A stretch of DNA of 63,574 nucleotides, counting the filler, from Chiloscyllium plagiosum (taxonomy: Eukaryota), in assembly GCF_004010195.1 (NCBI RefSeq). It is 3 parts of one record of this genome, joined end to end, with 100 filler letters (N's around TTAATTAATTAA, not from the genome) between each part and the next. Parts side by side here need not be neighbours in the genome. Positions count along the whole stretch, not along the records: positions 31,694 to 40,389 come from NC_057711.1; positions 40,490 to 63,574 come from NC_057711.1; 1 more part is not named here. One strand, 5' to 3'. The translations under genes were made by a program, and so were the position numbers. Positions 38,545-50,109 of this stretch are shown here, piece after piece; position 1 is the first letter of the stretch, and every line of letters starts with the position of its first letter. A model generated the notes under the pieces. That model was not told where the DNA came from and made no database searches. It was given only the letters and a program-made list of their open reading frames with translations.

Positions 38545-38978
38545 TTAGCTTGTTTTACCACATTTTTCCCATAGTGCCTTTCTTTAACAACCAGCACTGT
38601 GACTTTACATGTCCAATTATCTGGCAGGGGAAATGCCTTTTCCCAGTGCCCTTCTTAAACCACTAACACTGTAATTTTGTGTGTTCCACTCCATTAAAGT
38701 GAAAATACCTGAGGCCTTTCACCTCCTTTTTACTCTCTTGGGCTTCTTTTGTAACCTGTGGTTAGCTTGTTTTACCACATTTTTCCCATAGTGCCTTTCT
38801 TTAACAACCAGCACTGTGACTTTACATGTCCAATTATCTGGCAGGGAAAATGCCTTTTCCCAATGCCCTTCTTAAACCACTAACACTGTAATTTTGTGTG
38901 TTCCACTCCATTAAAGTGAAAATACCTGAGGCCTTTCACCTCCTTTTTACTCTCTTGGGCTTCTTTTGTAACCTGTGG
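38545..38978. repeat. 217-bp tandem duplication in gag
   Basis: 38545-38761 and 38762-38978, two substitutions seen. Confidence 0.95.
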
Positions 38979-40179
38979 TATACAATTACTAGTGTTCTCT
39001 ACAATTTGTTTCATAATGTCGGATCTCCACTTTTCCCAATTTTTATCCCTCACAGGATGAAGTTCTTGCCAGAAGCTATGCACCAATGTATATTCATCTG
39101 CCATGCTCTTCTCACTTCTTGAAATTTCTGTTTGTCTACATGAATTCGTATCATCTCTGCAAATGAATTTTTAAACTCCTCCAGCAGAATAACCTCTCTT
39201 AAAGCCTCATAGGTCTTATCTCTTTTTAAATCCCACACCATCTATCAAGATGACTGCGTTTAATTCTTTCAAACTCAGCCTGACCACGTTCCTTCTTTAG
39301 ATTTCTGAACTGCTGTCTATTCGCTTCTGGTACCAATTCATAAGCACTTAAAATAGCCTGTTTGACCTTTTCATAATTTCTTGACTCCTCATCCGACAGC
39401 ACTGCAAATACCTTACTAGCTCTGCCTATCAGTTTAGTCTGAACTAGCATTATCCACAGATCATCTGATCACTCCATCTGCCTAGCCAAGTTTTCAAATG
39501 AAATAAATGTGGCACTGTTTTGACATATTTATAAATATCACTACCTTCTCTTTTAATCTCCATCCTGTTAAGTTGACTTTGCTGACTAATTCGCAACTTC
39601 TGAAGTTCAAATTCTCTCTTTCTTCTCTCTCTCTTTCTGTCTCTCTTTCTTCCCCCTCTTTGCTCAGCTAAGAACCTTCCCTCTGTTTTTCTTCTCTCTC
39701 TCTCTCTTCCTTTATCCTTTCTTTCTCTTTCTTCCCTTTTCTCTTTCCCTTTATCTTCTAACTCCATTTTCCTCAACTGTAATTGTTCTAACTCTACTGC
39801 ACTTGTCTGTTTTTCTGACACACCTAAATGTTTGAGTAACTCCCTGCCAATTTCAGCTTTACTTTTGTCCTTGGTTAAACCCAATTGTAACCTCTTTGCT
39901 AATTCTAAAAGCATGGTCTTTTCTTTCTAAACTTTCTTGGCAAATTTGGGAATCATCTTCAAACCCCAGAAGCTCTTTAGTAATTTTAAGAGCCATTTCT
40001 CTCACTTCTAATTTAACCAACCACAAGTAACCAAAATTAAACAAATTGTCTCAACTACGTTTTATTTAAAGATCTAGAACACAAATTGGCAAGTATTTAA
40101 ATCTGCTGGGATTTTTCTGTACTCCAAATTTGTTAAAATCTGTCCAAATCTCAGACGGGATCTGTCTAAACATGTCCAA

Positions 40180-40199
40180 ATCAGGGACCTGAGCCCCCA
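40180..40199 (-). promoter_or_regulatory. Primer-binding site, tRNA-Pro-like
   Basis: TGGGGGCTCAGGTCCCTGAT versus canonical PBS-Pro TGGGGGCTCGTCCGGGAT, 3 nt after the LTR end ...TAACA at 40203. Confidence 0.7.
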
Positions 40200-40389
40200 A
40201 ACTGTTATAACATGAGGAAAACCCTTCTGCTAATTTAACCCGAACACACGGGAAAGCTTACCTTGCCTCTTAATCTGTTAAAGTACGAGTGACAGAGAAC
40301 AACACAAATTTCACAATTTAAAGAAAAAGTTTACAAAAGAGAACATTAAACAACAACTTTCTACAACTGTAATACTCTTTTTTTCTTAA

Positions 40390-40489
40390 NNNNNNNNNNN
40401 NNNNNNNNNNNNNNNNNNNNNNNNNNNNNNNNNTTAATTAATTAANNNNNNNNNNNNNNNNNNNNNNNNNNNNNNNNNNNNNNNNNNNN
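40390..40489. other. Artificial scaffold linker 44N-TTAATTAATTAA-44N
   Basis: Same construction as 31594-31693. Confidence 0.95.
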
Positions 40490-40702
40490 GTTAGGTTCTT
40501 CACTCAGCGAGTCGTAAGTTCATGGAATGCCCTGCCAGTAGCAGTGGTGGACTCTCCCTCTTTATGGGCATTTAAGCGGGCATTGGATAGGTATATGGAG
40601 GATAGTGGGTTAGTATAGGTTAGGTGGGCTTGGATCGGCGCAACATCGAGGGCCAAAGGGCCTGTACTGCGCTGTATTCTTCTATGTTCTATGTTCTATG
40701 TT
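40490..40702 (+). mobile_element. Young CR1-type 3' end
   Basis: FTQRVVSSWNALP; (TTCTATG)n tail. Confidence 0.85.
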
Positions 40703-40811
40703 CAAACTTTGAACTCCTTCAAATGAGTTAGGAGGTACATTGGGGTGAAATATGTAACAGAATTCCATGTTACCATGTTACAGGACCAAAGCTAAGTCCT
40801 GTAATTAAGTT

Positions 40812-41113
40812 GGGTGGCATGGTGGCTTAGTGGTTAGCACTGCTACCTCACAGCACCAGGGACCTGGGTTCAACTGTCTGTGTGGAGTTTGCACATTCTC
40901 ACTGTGTCTGCATGGGTATCCTCCGGGGTTTCCTCCCACAGTCCAAAGATGTGCAGGTTAGGTGAATTGACTATGCTAAATTGCCCAGTGTTACGTGCAT
41001 TAGTCAGAGGTAAATGTAGGTGGAATGGGTCGGAGTGGCTTGCTCTTCGGAGGGTCAGTGTAGACTTGTTGGGCCGAAGCACCTGTTTCCACACTGTGGG
41101 GAAACTAATCTAA
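40812..41113 (+). mobile_element. HE1-like SINE
   Basis: tRNA head, core and tail; short deletion after the B box. Confidence 0.9.
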
Positions 41114-42712
41114 ACTGCAACTTGATCCAATTTTGATCCATCAATAGATAGATTTGATACTTAGGGAAACCAACTTTGAAGTCAGGACCTCAGGGATAAA
41201 ACCTATTTCAAACCTGGGTAAAGTAAATCTTTTATTCCTAATTAATTGGTAGATAATTTACTTCTGACAGTATGTGTATGCAAGTATCTTTATCCATAAT
41301 GGGATCCAAATAGTCTAACCTCTAATATTGTTGGTTATTCCTAGATTATTCTTAGTCATGTTGTGAAAGAATCTCTATAGTCTGTTGAAGTGAGGCGAGA
41401 AAGATTAATTTTATTTACAAACACAATTAACAGTAACATCATCGAGCAGGGACTTCAACTTATCATGAGTTGCAAGAAAGCAAGGTGATGTCATGTGACA
41501 TTGCACCACCTCCAGTGATGATGTATACCAGATCTCTTTCGATTTTTGCACAGTAACGCTTTCTACATCACAGACAACAAGTGGATACATTTCTAGATCA
41601 TTGTTGTACTTACGCTGGCTTAGTGAAAGAATCAGTCTGGCTCCCTATTTTAATTTGTCAGCATTTTGAAACTGCGCAGCACATCTGCAGTTACATCAGC
41701 ACAACATATCCCAATTTAACGAAAATGGTTTGAATTGCTTTAAACAACAGCACAGGAAACTATACATATTTAAAGTGACAGCAACAGGAAGTATGCCAGT
41801 TTTCATGACCACAATTCTTCCTTTTTAAGTCATGCAGCACAAATCCAAATGCAAAACAAGCCATTTTTAGAGAAAGAAAAGGCTTAAATCAATTCATATA
41901 CAGGTAGAAATGGAGAGAATTTTATAATTTGTTTTCAAACAAACAGAGATCTCAAGTAGGAATGTAGTATAAAGCTGGAATCCCATTAGGTTATTTAAAA
42001 TAACTCTGGAAGCTTGACAGGAAAAGGAACATCACCTTTTGAACATCAAATTAGAGCTATTATTTGAGACATATAAGGACAAGTCCAAGCTCAGGATAGA
42101 TAGGTCTGCAACAGTATCCTTGGGTCTCCTTTATAGATATTTTTAATCAACCTGAAGCAGGTAGAACTTGAACCCAGAGCTCCTAGTTCAGAGGTAGGAA
42201 CACTATCACTGCACAAGGATTCAGGTGATGAGTTCTAGCTGGGTGGGCCATTGTCTGTTACCAGAGCTTTTCAAGTTTTGGGGAGATTAATGAGTGATTC
42301 TCTGAGCCTTATAAGCATTGTCACATCCCTTCCTGTCCAAGTCCAAAGGTTTTCCAATGTCCTACAATGATGGGGCCTCTTGTGTTGTTTTATCCCTGGC
42401 CCCATTCCTGTGCTTGCTGAGTTTGGTCCAGTATGGAAGGGGTTATAAAAAGCTTTTTCTGTGAAGACCAAAGAACCACTACAGCGCCTTGTCCTGTGTG
42501 GACATCTCTGACTGATCTTCAGCTGTCTCTTTCTCAATCTCTGAGCCCCAATCCTTTAGATTGACTCTCAGACTTTTAATAGGTGGAACTTCCCATCTGT
42601 GCGATGCCAATAAAACAGTCACTTCTGTGGAGGGTTCCTATCAACAATGATGGTTCATATGCTTTTTGTGCAGTCTTCTTCCTCGTTTTTGATGAGGAAA
42701 TCTCCTGAGAAC

Positions 42713-43012
42713 CGGCACGGTGGCACAGTGGTTAGCACTGCTGCCTCAAAGCGCCAGAGACCCGGGTTCAATTCCTGCCTCAGGCGACTGACTGTGTGGA
42801 GTTTGCATATTCTCCCCGTGTCCGTGTGGGTTTCCTCCGGGTGCTCCGGTTTCCTCCCACAGTCCAAAGAATGTGCAGGTTAGGTGACTGGCCATGCTAA
42901 AATTGACCGTAGTGTTAGGTGAATGGGTCTGGGTGGGTTGCACTTCGGTGGATTGGTGTGAACTTGTTGGGCCGAAGGGCCTGTTTCCACACTGCAACTA
43001 ATCTAATCTAAT
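42713..43012 (+). mobile_element. HE1-like SINE, full length
   Basis: A box TGGCACAGTGG, B box GGTTCAATTCC, (TAATC)n tail. Confidence 0.93.
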
Positions 43013-43807
43013 CATTACCAAAGTTCCTTATGTGGACCGGATCTCCCTGCTTGAAATCTTTGGTCTTTGCCCCTTGTGGGCCATATTATTGTTCTTCTTG
43101 CTGAATTCAGCCTTAGGAAAATCAAGGTAAGTCTAGTCCAGATATGTCAACCCTTCCTCCCATTGCCATATGTGGTGGAGAGGAAACATACAAGCTTTGT
43201 TTCCAAAGATCCTGCTGTTTGCTTTGTCATCCTAGTTTTGATTACCAAGATGGCAGACTCAGCCAGACTGCTTGAGAACAGGTGGCAGGGTATGGTATGG
43301 ATGTGCTGTACTCTCTTCGTCTTCATAAAAGTCTGAAACTGCTGGTAAATGGGAACTCATAGTCTGCTATAAGAACTATAGGTCTACCATGCATACTTAA
43401 AGACTGGCAGAGCTTTTCTATGGCATTGTAAGAGATAGTAGAAGCCATTTGATGCACATCAATCCATTCTGATTAGGCATTGATAAGGATTAAGAACATA
43501 GATTCTACAATAGCCCTGCAAAATCTGCATGTACTCACACACTGCATCTCCCTGACCATTCCAATGTGTGGAATGAGGTTGTTGGTAGGGCCTCTTGGTT
43601 TTCCTGACAAGTTTTGTACCACTTGAAGAAGTTTTGATATCTGTGTCTATGCCAGGCCACCAAAAATGTCTCTTTTCACGCATTTCATTTCAGAAATCCC
43701 TCGGTGGCTATTGTGCAATTCTAGAAGGATTGGTTGCTGGCTTGGATGCGAGACCGCCAGCTGGACTCCCACAAGGAAATGCCATCTTCTATGCTCAACT
43801 CTTGATA

Positions 43808-43961
43808 TGATTTGGAGATGCCGGTGTTGGACTGGGGTCCAACAGGTTTAATTGGAAGCACACTAGCTTTCGGAGCGACGCTCCTTCATCAGGTGATTGT
43901 GATTCGGAGCAATTAAACCTGTTGGACTATAACCTGGTGTTGTGTGATTTTTAACTTTGTA
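43808..43961. mobile_element. Penelope pLTR-derived partially palindromic insert
   Basis: 12-bp TSD CAACTCTTGATA/CAACCCTTGATA (43796-43807, 43962-43973); same family as 49054-49270. Confidence 0.85.
43861..43895 (-). ncRNA. Minimal type I hammerhead ribozyme motif, intact core
   Basis: Minus strand CAC-CTGATGA-A-GGAGC-GTC-GCTCC-GAA-AGCT-A^GTG: core, stem II, palindromic AGCT helix III, 3-bp helix I. Confidence 0.8.
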
Positions 43962-44539
43962 CAACCCTTGATACTTTGAGATATAGGGATTCAATTCTTC
44001 TCCAGGATGTCCTTGTGGTCCACCATTTAAGATATGATGTAGCTTCACCAACGTAGGGTCCTTTGGGTCTAAGCCTGTATTTTCTTGGCCAGGTACTGTT
44101 AATGTGTTCAAAAAGTTCAAAGTCACGATAACTTCATTCATCTTTAGAAATGAAGGTAGGTTGCTGAGAATCCACAGGCAGCTCAAGGCATTTGCATTGG
44201 CTATGTGTCCTTGTATGATATTCCAAGGTATACTCACAGGCAAATAATAGTAGTTCCCAGCTTATGCTATGGTCATAATCACCTTGTCTTCCTTGAAGAA
44301 GCGTAAAGATTTGTCATCAGTCACAATGGTGAAATGCCAATCATAGACATACTGGTTAAATTGTTTCCACCTTCTTTTTCAATCTGGACATACTTGCTTT
44401 CTGCCTCCGCCTGTGTTAATGACACATTCTGTTCCATTGTCTCAAACAGTTATAAATGCTACTGTGATCCCATGGGGAGGCATTGCAGGTTGCATGAGTG
44501 TTCTCAGGGGTTGCAATAAGCTACTATATTTGTTAACAG

Positions 44540-46850
44540 TACATAAAACATCGAACATTATAGTGCAGTACAGGCCCTTTGGCCCTCGATGTTGTGCCGA
44601 CCTGTAGAACCAATCTGAAGCCTTTCTATCCTACGCTATTCCATTCTCATCCATACGTTTATTCAATGACCATTTAAATGCCCTTAAAGTTGGTGGGTCG
44701 ACTACTGTTGCAAGCAGTGCGTTTCACGTCCTTACTACTCTGGAGTAAGGAAATTACCTCTGACATCTGTCCTATATCCATCACCCCTCAATTTAAAGCT
44801 ATGTTCCATCACTATCTGAGGAAAAAGGCTATCACTGTCCACCCTATCTAACCCTCTGATTATCTTAAATGTCTCAATTAAGTCACCTCTCAACATTCTC
44901 TCTACCAAAAACAGCCTCAAGTCATTCAGCCTTTCCTCATAAGACCTTCACTCCTTACCAGGCAAAATCCTAGTAAATCGCTTCTGAATCCTTTCCAAAG
45001 CTTCCGCATTCCTCCTATAATGCGGTGACCAGAAATGTATACAATACTCCAAGTGCAGCCGCACCGGAGTTGTGTACAGGGGCAGCATGACCTTGTGGCT
45101 CTGAAACTAAACCCCTCCACCAATAAACACACCGTATGCCTTTTAATAACCCGATCAACCTGGGTGGCAACTTTCAGGGATCTATGTACATAGACACGGA
45201 GATCTCTCTGCTCATCTACACTACCAAGAATATTACCATTAGCCCAGTACTTTTTACTCCTATTGCTCCTTCCAAAGTGAATTGCTTCACACTTTTCCAC
45301 ATTAATCTCCATTTGCCACCTCTTAGCCGAGCTCTGCAGCTTATCTATGTCCCTCTGTAACCTGCAACATCCTTCAGCACTATCCACAACTCCACTGACC
45401 TTAGTCTCAGCCACAAATTTATGAACATATCCTTCTATGCCCTCATCTAGGTCATTTAAAAAAATGACAAACAGCAGTGGCCCCAAACCAGATCCTTGTG
45501 GTACACCACTAGTAACTGAACTCCAGGATGACCATTTCCCATCAACCACCACCCTCTGTCTTCTTTCAGCTAGCCAATTTCTGAAACAAACTGCTAAATC
45601 ACTCTCAATCGCATGCCTCCGTATTTTGTGCAGTAGCCTACCATGGGGAACCTTATCAAATGCCTTACTGAAATCCGTATACACCACATCGCTGCTTTAC
45701 CCTCATCCACCTATTTGGTTACCACCTCAAATAACTCAATAAGGTTTGTGAGGCACGAACTACCCTTCACAAAACCATGTTGACTATCCCTAATCAACTT
45801 ATTCCTCTTTAGATGATTATAAATCCTAACTCTAGAAACCTTTTCCAACAACTGAAGTAAGCATCACTGGTCCGTAATTACCAGAGTTGTCTCTGTCCCC
45901 TTTCTTGAACAAGGGGACAACATGTACTATCCTCCAATGTTCTGGCACTATACCTGTAGACAATGACAACATAAAGATCAAAGCCAAAGGCTCTGTAATT
46001 CATCCCTACCTTCCCAGAGAATTCTAGGATAAATCTCATCCAGCCCAGGAAATTTATCTATTTTCACACTTTCCAGAATTGCTAACATCTCCTCATGAAC
46101 CTCAATTCTGTCTTGTCTGGTAGCCTGTATCTCTGTATTGTCCTCAACAACATTGTCTTTTTCCAGTGTGAATACTGATGAAAATTATTCATTTAGCGCT
46201 TCTCCTATTTTCTAGCACTCCATGCAGAACTTCCCACGACTATCTTTGATTGACCCTAATCTTTCTCTAGTCATTCTTTTATTCCTGATATACCTATAAA
46301 TAGCTTTAGGGTTTTCCTTGATGCTATCTATCAATGTCTTTTTATTGGCTCTCTTGGCTCATCTTCGCGCTCTCTTTAGGTCTTTCCTGGCTAACCTGTA
46401 ACTCTCAAGTGCCGCAATTGAGCCTTCAGGTCTCATCCTAACTTAAGCCTTTTTCTTCCTCTAACTTCCTTAGTAAACCATGGCTCCCTCACTTGACCAC
46501 TTCCTCCCTGTCTGACAAGTACATACTTATCAAGGACACGCAGTAGCTGTTCCTTGAATTAACTCTACATTTCAATTATGCCCATCCCCTGCAGTTTTCT
46601 TCCCCATCCTATGCATCCTAAATCTTGCCTAATCGCATCATAATTGCCTTTTCTCTAGCAATAAGTCTTGTCCTGTGTTATGTACCTATCCCTTTCCATT
46701 CCTAAAGTAAACATAGCTGAATTGTGGTCACTATCACCAAAGTGCTCACCTACCTCCAAATCTAACACCTGGCCAGTACCAAATCCAATGTGGCCTCACC
46801 CCATTTTGGTTTGTCTACATACTGTGTCAGGAAACCAACCTGCACAATTG
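44540..46850 (-). mobile_element. CR1 LINE RT and 3' end
   Basis: ORF 44926-45687 [13 protein letters not shown]...GVPQGSGLGP. Confidence 0.92.
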
Positions 46851-48232
46851 GACATAAAGCAGGACATGGAGGATTGTCGCAGGGTCACCAAATTGGGTAT
46901 GAATTTCACATAGCAATTTATGACACCTAGAAAAAACTTCATCTCCATTGTATTTCTTGAGTTAGAGCCCTTTTCATGGCCTCCACTTTCTCTATGACAG
47001 TGGTATCATCTATACTTGTTCATCCGGTACCCAAGGTATGTTACCTTGTTTACCTGAAATACAAAGCTTTTCTTCCTTTGTAGTCAGATGCCAACTGCAG
47101 AAAAATGCTGCAAAAGCCACTTGCCACTCTCCAAATGTTCCTTTACAGTGGCTCACAAGATTAAAATATCATCCAAATAGATGGTCACTCTGGGCACATC
47201 TTGGAGGATGTTCCCTATCATGCTTTGAAAGATGACACAAGCCAAAGACAGCCCAAAACGCAAGTGCACTCATACAATCCTTTGAGTGTATTTGTAATGA
47301 CATACTTCCTCGATGACACCTCAAGCTGCAGCTAAACGTAGGCTTGACTCATATTCAATTTAGAAAGTATGTAACACCCAGCCAGCTTTGCATACAGGTC
47401 TTCTATCCATCATAGGATATCTGTCTAAGAAGGAAGCTCTGTTCATCAACATAGAATCCCCACAGATTTGGTAGAGTTGTCAGGTTTTAAAACTGGGACT
47501 GCTCATGCATCCTGTGTTGACCTCGATATCCAGGGTGACCATTTGCCTCATATTTAATCTTAATTGGCTTCATTGTGGGAGCAACAACACAATTTGGGTG
47601 TATCAATTCCTCATCCTGGGGTTAATTTATTTCCAAGGCCAAGTATTGAGGTGGCTTTGACCTTGGATCTTGAAGTTTCACCTGATTTGTGCACCTTGTC
47701 TGGGCCAAAGTCTATGACAACAAGTGCAGTATAAATGGCATAGATGAACTTGTTCCTCACTGTATTGTGGAGAAATGCCAATCCAGTTCTGGAACCTTAT
47801 CACTTCTGACTCTACTTGCTCTTCCATGGCAACAAATGGGAGCAGAGAGTATTATTCAAAAGGAAAGTAGCTCTGAAGTATAGAAGTCACTCAAGGTTGA
47901 GGACAGAACCATTTGTGGACCTGAAGCTCCCGAGCCTTTTTTCCTGCCTTCTGTTTATGTGGGAAATGTCCAATTTAATGGAATCTTGAAGTCCATATCA
48001 GGCACAGTTAGTCAAGTTTTTAGATGGTTTTAATTCCACAAACTGAGCAATCCCTGAACATTTCCTACACTCTCAGCATTCCATGGATTTCTGCAGTCTC
48101 ATTAAGAATTCAGTAATTGGTTCCCCAGTAAGTCTATTAGCAACGTTAAACCTGTAACGCTGCAACAAAGCTGATGATTTGGGGTCATAGTGATCCAATA
48201 CCATATTTATCTGTTGACCAATTAATTTTGAC

Positions 48233-48367
48233 CAAAGTGGTGCTGGAAAAGCACAGCAGGTCAGGCAGCATCCAAGAAGCAGGAAATTTGATGTTTCAGG
48301 CAAAAGCCCTTCATCAGGAATTCTGATCTAAACTATGGTTTTCAGCATCTGCAGTCCTCACTCTTGC
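48233..48367 (-). mobile_element. Penelope pLTR-derived mini element with hammerhead motif
   Basis: Degenerate 15-bp TSD (48218-48232, 48368-48382); minus strand CTGATGA-AGGGC-TTTT-GCCT-GAAACATC at 48290-48317. Confidence 0.83.
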
Positions 48368-49053
48368 CCAAATAAATTTGACTCCAGGATTGCCGTTCAT
48401 GCTGCTGAAAGTTGGGACCCATCAAGCAATGTACTTTCTGCTGGTGATCCCTTTGATCACACTTGCCTGAAAAACAGTATTTGGTTCTGTCAGCATAATG
48501 GGGCCAATCATTCATAAGGTTCCAGTTTCCCATACAGTGGCATTTGTGATATTTCTTCTTCACAGTCTTACTGAATTTGATGAAAGGCAAAGCTGTCCAA
48601 ACATTTTCTAGATTTTTGTCACCAATGTAATAACTCAGGAAGCCCAAATGGATTTTGTTTATTGTTGAACACCAAAATCGAGTCACTCGTGATGTACAAA
48701 TACTAGTCCAAGCCAAGGTCAGACAGTTCTGCAGGGCCATCCCTGGGTCTGCTTTATTTTTATATTTCGAAGTGTTATCAAACAACCGAGTAGTTATTCT
48801 TTTCTCCATCACCAGTGTTTTTCAACTATTATCCACCATCTGTGTAGACAATTGGATATTGACATGCAAAGCCTATTATGGGCATTCAAACCATTCAAGA
48901 TGAGGGAGGGTACTTGGTCTGTTTTGTCTTTTTCTTTTTATCCAGAAGTGCTCTGATGCTCAAATGAGCAGCTTTCACACCACCAAATCACTGTGATTCT
49001 TCTTTTCTCATTTTTAATTATTAAACACCACCAGTAAATCAGGTTTAGAGTCA

Positions 49054-49270
49054 TGATTTGGAGATGCCGGTGTTGGACTGGGTGTGCAAAGTTAAAAATC
49101 ACACAACACCAGGTTATAGTCCAACAGGTTTAATTGGAAGCACCAGCTTCCGGAGCGACGCCCCTTCATCAGGTGCCTATCATCTGATGAAGGAGCGTCG
49201 CTCCAAAAGCTAGTGTACTTCCAATTAAACCTGTTGGACTATAACCTAGTGTTGTGTGATTTTTAACTAT
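49054..49270. mobile_element. Palindromic double-hammerhead Penelope-derived element
   Basis: 11-bp TSD GTTTAGAGTCA (49043-49053, 49271-49281); arms 49090-49175 and 49181-49268. Confidence 0.9.
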
Positions 49271-49730
49271 GTTTAGAGTCAATTAGAAATTTATGCACAA
49301 TGCCAACTATCAAAGCAAGGGAGGGTTGGGGGGGGGGGGGGTGGAGAAGGTATTAAATCAAAATGGAGTTGGTGAGGAATAAAGCACTCTCTAAAGGCAT
49401 TCAGAGCATTAATGGGGTGGCTACGTGCTCCCTCTCCAATGATACCTGGGCCTGTCTTTTTGTAAAAAAATCCAGAAGTGCTCTTACACATAGTTTTCAC
49501 AACAGCAAATCACTGACTTTTTTCTCTCATTTTTAACTATTAACTGCCAGAACTCAATTACCAGTGTGGCCAATTAGAAATGTACATGCACAAGCCCGTT
49601 ATGGGCAATGCAAACCATCAAAGTGAGAGGTGGGTCAGAGAAAGTGGAAAGGGATTAAATCAAAATGGGCTTGTAGGGGGAAATAAAGTAATGTATGCTG
49701 CATGGTGCCCCACCTTTCTCTAAAGACATT

Positions 49731-50054
49731 GGGGTGGCACGGTGGCTAGCACAATTGCCTCACAGCGCCAAGGACCCGGGTTCAATTCCTGCCTCGGGTG
49801 ACTGTCTGTGTGGAGTTTGCACATTCTCCCAGTGTCTGCATGGGTTTCCCCCGGGTGTTCCGGTTTCCTCTCACAGTCCAAAGATGTGCAGGTTAGGTGA
49901 TTTGGCCATGCTAAATTGCCCGTAGTGTGAGGTGCATTAGTCAGGGGTAAAATGTAGGGGAATGTATCTGGGTGGGTTGCTGTTCGGAGAGTCGGTGCGT
50001 ACTTGTTAGGCTGAATAGCCTGTTTCCACACTGTAGGGTATATAATCTAATCTA
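49731..50054 (+). mobile_element. HE1-like SINE
   Basis: Head, core and TAATCTAATCT tail. Confidence 0.92.
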
Positions 50055-50109
50055 AAAGCTTCGGTGGACACCACATGCTTCCTCTCCAATGATACCTGGG
50101 CCCAGGGCT

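Larger units (their letters stand above)
34031..40389 (-). mobile_element. Gmr1-like Ty3/gypsy LTR retrotransposon (gag-PR-INT-RT-RH), inactivated
   Basis: gag from 39996 with SCAN-like and Zn-knuckle motifs; ILRDT protease ~38360-38385; integrase AHELPVGGHLG, CVGPFPKTKSGNQYLL (37760-35860); RT PIKQHP, MPFGMKNAPATFQ, LDD (35830-34960); RNase H IDASDIGVGAVLLQ (34592-34948). Confidence 0.9.
42240..48870 (-). mobile_element. Highly decayed Ty3/gypsy element (Mag-like; gag...RT-RH-INT), with nested inserts
   Basis: gag-like PKSSALLQRYRFNVANRLTGEPITEFLMRL (48073-48303); integrase HFWWPGIDTDI (43459-43683); RH-end HIANANALS; possible PBS TGGTGAC ~48618-48626 and PPT ~42326-42340. Confidence 0.65.

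Noticed and set aside
41608..41650. Possible 31-nt minus-strand exon (donor GTAAGT at 41613)
   Set aside because: The acceptor lacks a pyrimidine tract (AAATTAAAATAG) and there is no CDC42SE2-like coding.
42713..42790. tRNA gene
   Set aside because: It is the tRNA-derived head of a SINE, continuous with SINE core and tail; the same holds for the other copies.
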